DNA of 64,000 bases, taken from the NCBI RefSeq assembly GCF_011386835.1, contig NC_088807.1, positions 24,738,001 through 24,802,000 on the forward strand. Reading direction: 5' to 3'. Below are positions 60,901-64,000 of the stretch, one piece after another; positions within the stretch are counted from its first letter, which is position 1; every line of letters starts with the position of its first letter. Made by a program: the position numbers and the translations under genes. The notes below the pieces were generated by a model. That model made no database searches, was not told the origin of the DNA, and was given only the letters and a program-made list of their open reading frames with translations. Source of the stretch: Chrysemys picta bellii. Lineage: Eukaryota.

Positions 60901-62798
60901 GCTCTCCCCTGGTGGCCGGGTGCTGGGGGGGCTGAGGTGAGGCAGGGGGCACTCTCCCCTGGCACTCACAGCTGGGCGGGCACTGTGAGAGAGGGGGCGA
61001 TCTCCCCTGGCCGTCGGGGCTGGGGGGCTGCGGTGAGGCAGGGGGCACTCTCCCCTGGCAGTCACAGCTGGGCGCTGGGGGGGCACTGTGAGACAGGGGG
61101 CGATCTCCCCTGGCAGTTGGGGCCGGGCAGCACCGTGCTGTGGGGAGCAGAGTTCCCCTGCAGTCGTAGCCGGCTGCTCCACTTCCGATCTTCAATGATT
61201 ATGCAGCGTTATGTGTGGCTGTTCCCCAGCTGCCCTGCCCCAGAGGTGGCTGCATCTCCGTACTGGGCGAGCCATCCCCGTGCGGCTGTTCCCCAGGTGC
61301 CCCCCCAGCCCAGCATTCCCTCCCCCCTGTTTTTCTGCACCCTGCTCTTCCCTGGAGCTCTCTCGGCTCATCACTGTCTCTGCTCGGCAGCTGGCGGGGA
61401 GGGGGGGTTTGTGGCAGCTGGCGGGGTGTGAACGGGGAGGGGGCGCTGTGACGAACTGGGCCTGTTCTCACTGTGGTCTGTGGATGCTGACAGGGGAGTG
61501 TGCTGGGATAGTCTGCATTGGAGGATGGGATCGGCCCGGGGGCGCATTCCTGGGAGTGTAACATGAGAACCCAGGAAGGGGTTGAAGGCCAGGTGACTCC
61601 TTAGCCCGGGAAACTGGACAAAGGCTGTGGGAGGGGTCGCTGAAGGCAGAGTGCTGGAAGCGGGCTGGAGAGATGGCTGGGAGACAGAGATGGCTCTGAC
61701 CCCCCGAAGGGGGGTGGGCTGGCATGCCCTGGGACCCCAAGCTGGACTTAACTGAGGGGGTCCTGTTGTCTGTGCCTGCAAGACCTGTCTTGGACTGTAT
61801 TCCTGTCATCCAAATAAACCTTCTGCTTTACTGGCTGGCTGAGAGTCATGGTGAATCGCAGGAAGCCGGGGGTGCAGGGCCCTAACTCCCCCACAATCCG
61901 CAACAGGCGCGGCGACCCGCTTCCCGCCTGACTCATTCCAGCTAGAGAGTGGGCGAGGGACACGAGGCAAAGCCAGGCATCCCGGAGCACTGCTCCTGTC
62001 CCGGGGCTGGGGAGAGAACCCAGGAGTCCTGGCTCCCAGCCCCCCCACACCCACTAGGCCCCACTCCCCTCTCAGGGCCGGGGAGAGAACCCAGGAGTCC
62101 TGGCTCCCAGCCCCCCCACACCCACTAGGCCCCACTCCCCTCTCAGGGCCGGGGAGAGAACCCAGGAGTCCTGGCTCCCAGCTCCCCCATACCCACTAGG
62201 CCCCACTCCCCTCTCAGGGCTGGGGAGGGGAGAGAACCCAGGAGTCCTGGCTCCCTACTCTTCCCCCCCCCCCCCCCCCAGCCCTGCTAATGGTTCGAGG
62301 GAGGGCTGCCCGGGGCAGGAGGGGGCTGGTGGCTAACGGGGTGGGGGCAGATGCAGGCGGGTACCAGATCATGGGAATTGCCAGTGAGGACAGATGTGGG
62401 GGGGGGCTGTGGTCACAGACAGCGGGGCTGAGTGACAGATCGGGGGTCTGGGGGGGGTCTCTGCTCCTATGGGAGTGTCGCAGGCAGAGAGTCGAGCACG
62501 AGATTGGAAGGCGGCTGGGGGGGGTCGCAGGGGGAGGCTAGATTGGGGGGAATCGGTGGGGTGGGGGGCAGTTGGGGGAGGGCAGGGCGATTCCCCTTGG
62601 AAGTTTTGAGCGCCCTGTGTGCTGTGGGAGGGCGGTGTGGGCAAGCTGACCCCTCTCTGCCCCCCAGAACCCTGATTACCATGGCTTCGACCCAGACCCG
62701 GTGATTGACTTGTGGAACATGCGTCTGGCCTTCTTCTTCGGGGTCTCCCTCTGCATCGTGGTGGGGGCCACCTTCCTGCACTACCTGCCGGACCATGG
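54934..62798 (+). CDS. NDUFB11: NADH:ubiquinone oxidoreductase subunit B11, exons 1-2 (exon 3 outside the window)
   Basis: Exon 54934-55131 (Arg/Ala-rich targeting peptide, ends LRK|gt); exon 62668-62798 [43 protein letters not shown]; head-to-head with RBM10 as in mammals. Confidence 0.93.
55884..56005. mobile_element. 122-bp hAT-type MITE (Blackjack-like TIR)
   Basis: TIRs TAGGGTGACCAGA / TCTGGTCACCCTA; 8-bp TSD GGCGTGGG on both sides. Confidence 0.92.
56006..57618. repeat. ~40-bp G-rich minisatellite, about 40 copies
   Basis: Unit gggcg(c/t)ggggcaggtggggagagcattggagtggttggg. Confidence 0.95.
57640..57757 (+). mobile_element. MIR/CORE-SINE remnant
   Basis: gtgaccttggg...ctgtgcctcagtttcccatc matches the CORE-SINE core; a B-box-like ggattcaattcc lies upstream. 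Confidence 0.6.
61447..61905 (+). mobile_element. Solo LTR of the same Gmr1-like family as 17571-21607
   Basis: TGTGACGAAC...CCGCAACA; TSD GGCGC on both sides; 3' ~170 bp identical to the other two LTRs. Confidence 0.95.
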
Positions 62799-62884
62799 GT
62801 GAGTGGGGGGGCGCGGGGCAGGACCCCGAGAGCCGGGGGGCGTCAGACCCAGGCAGCCCGTGGGGAAGAGCAGCAGGAGAGGAG

Positions 62885-64000
62885 TCTAGTGGGTCAGAGC
62901 AGGGGGCTGGGAGCCAGGACTCCTGGGTTCTCTCCCTGGCTCTGGGAGGGGAGTGGGGTCTGGTATGTTAGAGCGGAGGGGGCTGGGAGCCAGGACTCCT
63001 GGGTTCTCTCCCTGGCTCTGGGAGGGGAGTGGGGTCTGGTAGGTTAGAGTGGAGGGGGCTGGGAGCCAGGACTCCTGGGTTCTCTCCCCGGCTCAGGGAG
63101 GGGAGTGGGGTCTAGCGGTTAGAGCAGGGGGGGCTGGGAGCCAGGACTCCTGGGTTCTTTGCCTGGCTCAGGGAGGGGAGTGTAGTCTGTCTGGTAGGTT
63201 AGAGCGGGGGGGGGGGGGGGGGGGCTGGGAGCCAGGACTCCTGGGTTCTTTGCCTGGCTCAGGGAGGGGAGTGGAGTCTGTCTGGTGGGTTAGAGCGGGG
63301 GGGGCTGGGAGCCAGGACTCCTGGGTTCTCTCCCTGGCTCAGGGAGGGGAGTGGGGTCTAGTGGTTAGAGCGGGGGGGTGGGGGCTGGGAGCCAGGACTC
63401 CTGGGTTCTTTGCCTGGCTCAGGGAGGGGAGTGGAGTCTAGTGGTTAGAGCGGGGGGGTGGGGGCTGGGAGCCAGGACTCCTGGGTTCTTTGCCTGGCTC
63501 AGGGAGGGGAGTGGAGTCTGTCTGGTGGGTTAGAGCGGGGCGGGGGCTGGGAGCCAGGACTCCTGGGTTCTCTCCCCGGCTCAGGGAGGGGAGTGGGGTT
63601 TAGTGGTTAGAGCGGGGGGGGGCTGGGAGCCAGGACTCCTGGGTTCTCTCCCTGGCTCAGGGAGGGGAGTGGGGTTTAGTGGTTAGAGCGGGGGGGGCTG
63701 GGAGCCAGGACTCCTGGGTTCTCTCCCTGGCTCAGGGAGGGGAGTGGGGTTTAGTGGTTAGAGCGGAGGGGGCTGGGAGCCAGGACTCCTGGGTTCTCTC
63801 CCTGGCTCAGGGAGGGGAGTGGGGTCTAGTGGTTAGAGCGGGGGGGTGGGGGCTGGGAGCCAGGACTCCTGGGTTCTTTGCCTGGCTCAGGGAGGGGAGT
63901 GGAGTCTGTCTGGTGGGTTAGAGCGGAGGGGGCTGGGAGCCAGGACTCCTGGGTTCTCTCCCTGGCTCAGGGAGGGGAGTGGGGTTTAGTGGTTAGAGCG
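62885..64000 (+). repeat. Tandem array of the ~75-bp tRNA/SINE-head-like unit (largest of many arrays)
   Basis: Unit gggaggggagtggggtctagtggttagagc(g)n ctgggagccaggactcctgggttctctccctggctc; other arrays at about 3020-3210, 7360-7630, 8880-9140, 9820-10145, 34690-34890, 38570-38975, 44330-44770, 45170-45590, 47120-47405 and 61990-62260. Confidence 0.92.

Overview
Very GC-rich, tandem-repeat-filled vertebrate genomic DNA, probably a turtle microchromosome (inferred from the repeat types). Gene order: two tRNA-Glu(TTC) genes (-); an adiponectin-receptor paralogue with 7 coding exons, roughly equidistant from ADIPOR1 and ADIPOR2 (+, 7032-11352); an ARHGEF3/NET1-like RhoGEF with 12 coding exons (+, 13442-26205); a YJR142W/Tnr3-type Nudix hydrolase with 8 exons and one apparent 1-nt frameshift (+, 27471-32032); RBM10 with 23 coding exons and several apparent indels at 34.4-37.9 kb (-); and NDUFB11 exons 1-2 head-to-head with RBM10 (+). 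Mobile DNA: a young, internally deleted Gmr1-type (SCAN-Gag) Gypsy element with an intact ~900-codon ORF, tRNA-Leu PBS and 5-bp TSD, inserted 25 nt from a splice acceptor; a solo LTR of the same family; a second LTR-like insertion; a hAT MITE; a MIR-type remnant. A ~75-bp tRNA/SINE-head-like unit is amplified as dispersed mini-arrays across the window. Best leads: a probable third AdipoR ohnologue and extra ARHGEF3/NET1 paralogue, a vertebrate candidate of the thiamin-damage Nudix family, repeat-built promoters and splice sites, and candidate poison exons around RBM10 exon 6. All exon calls were made by eye from splice signals plus recalled protein homology; no database search was run.
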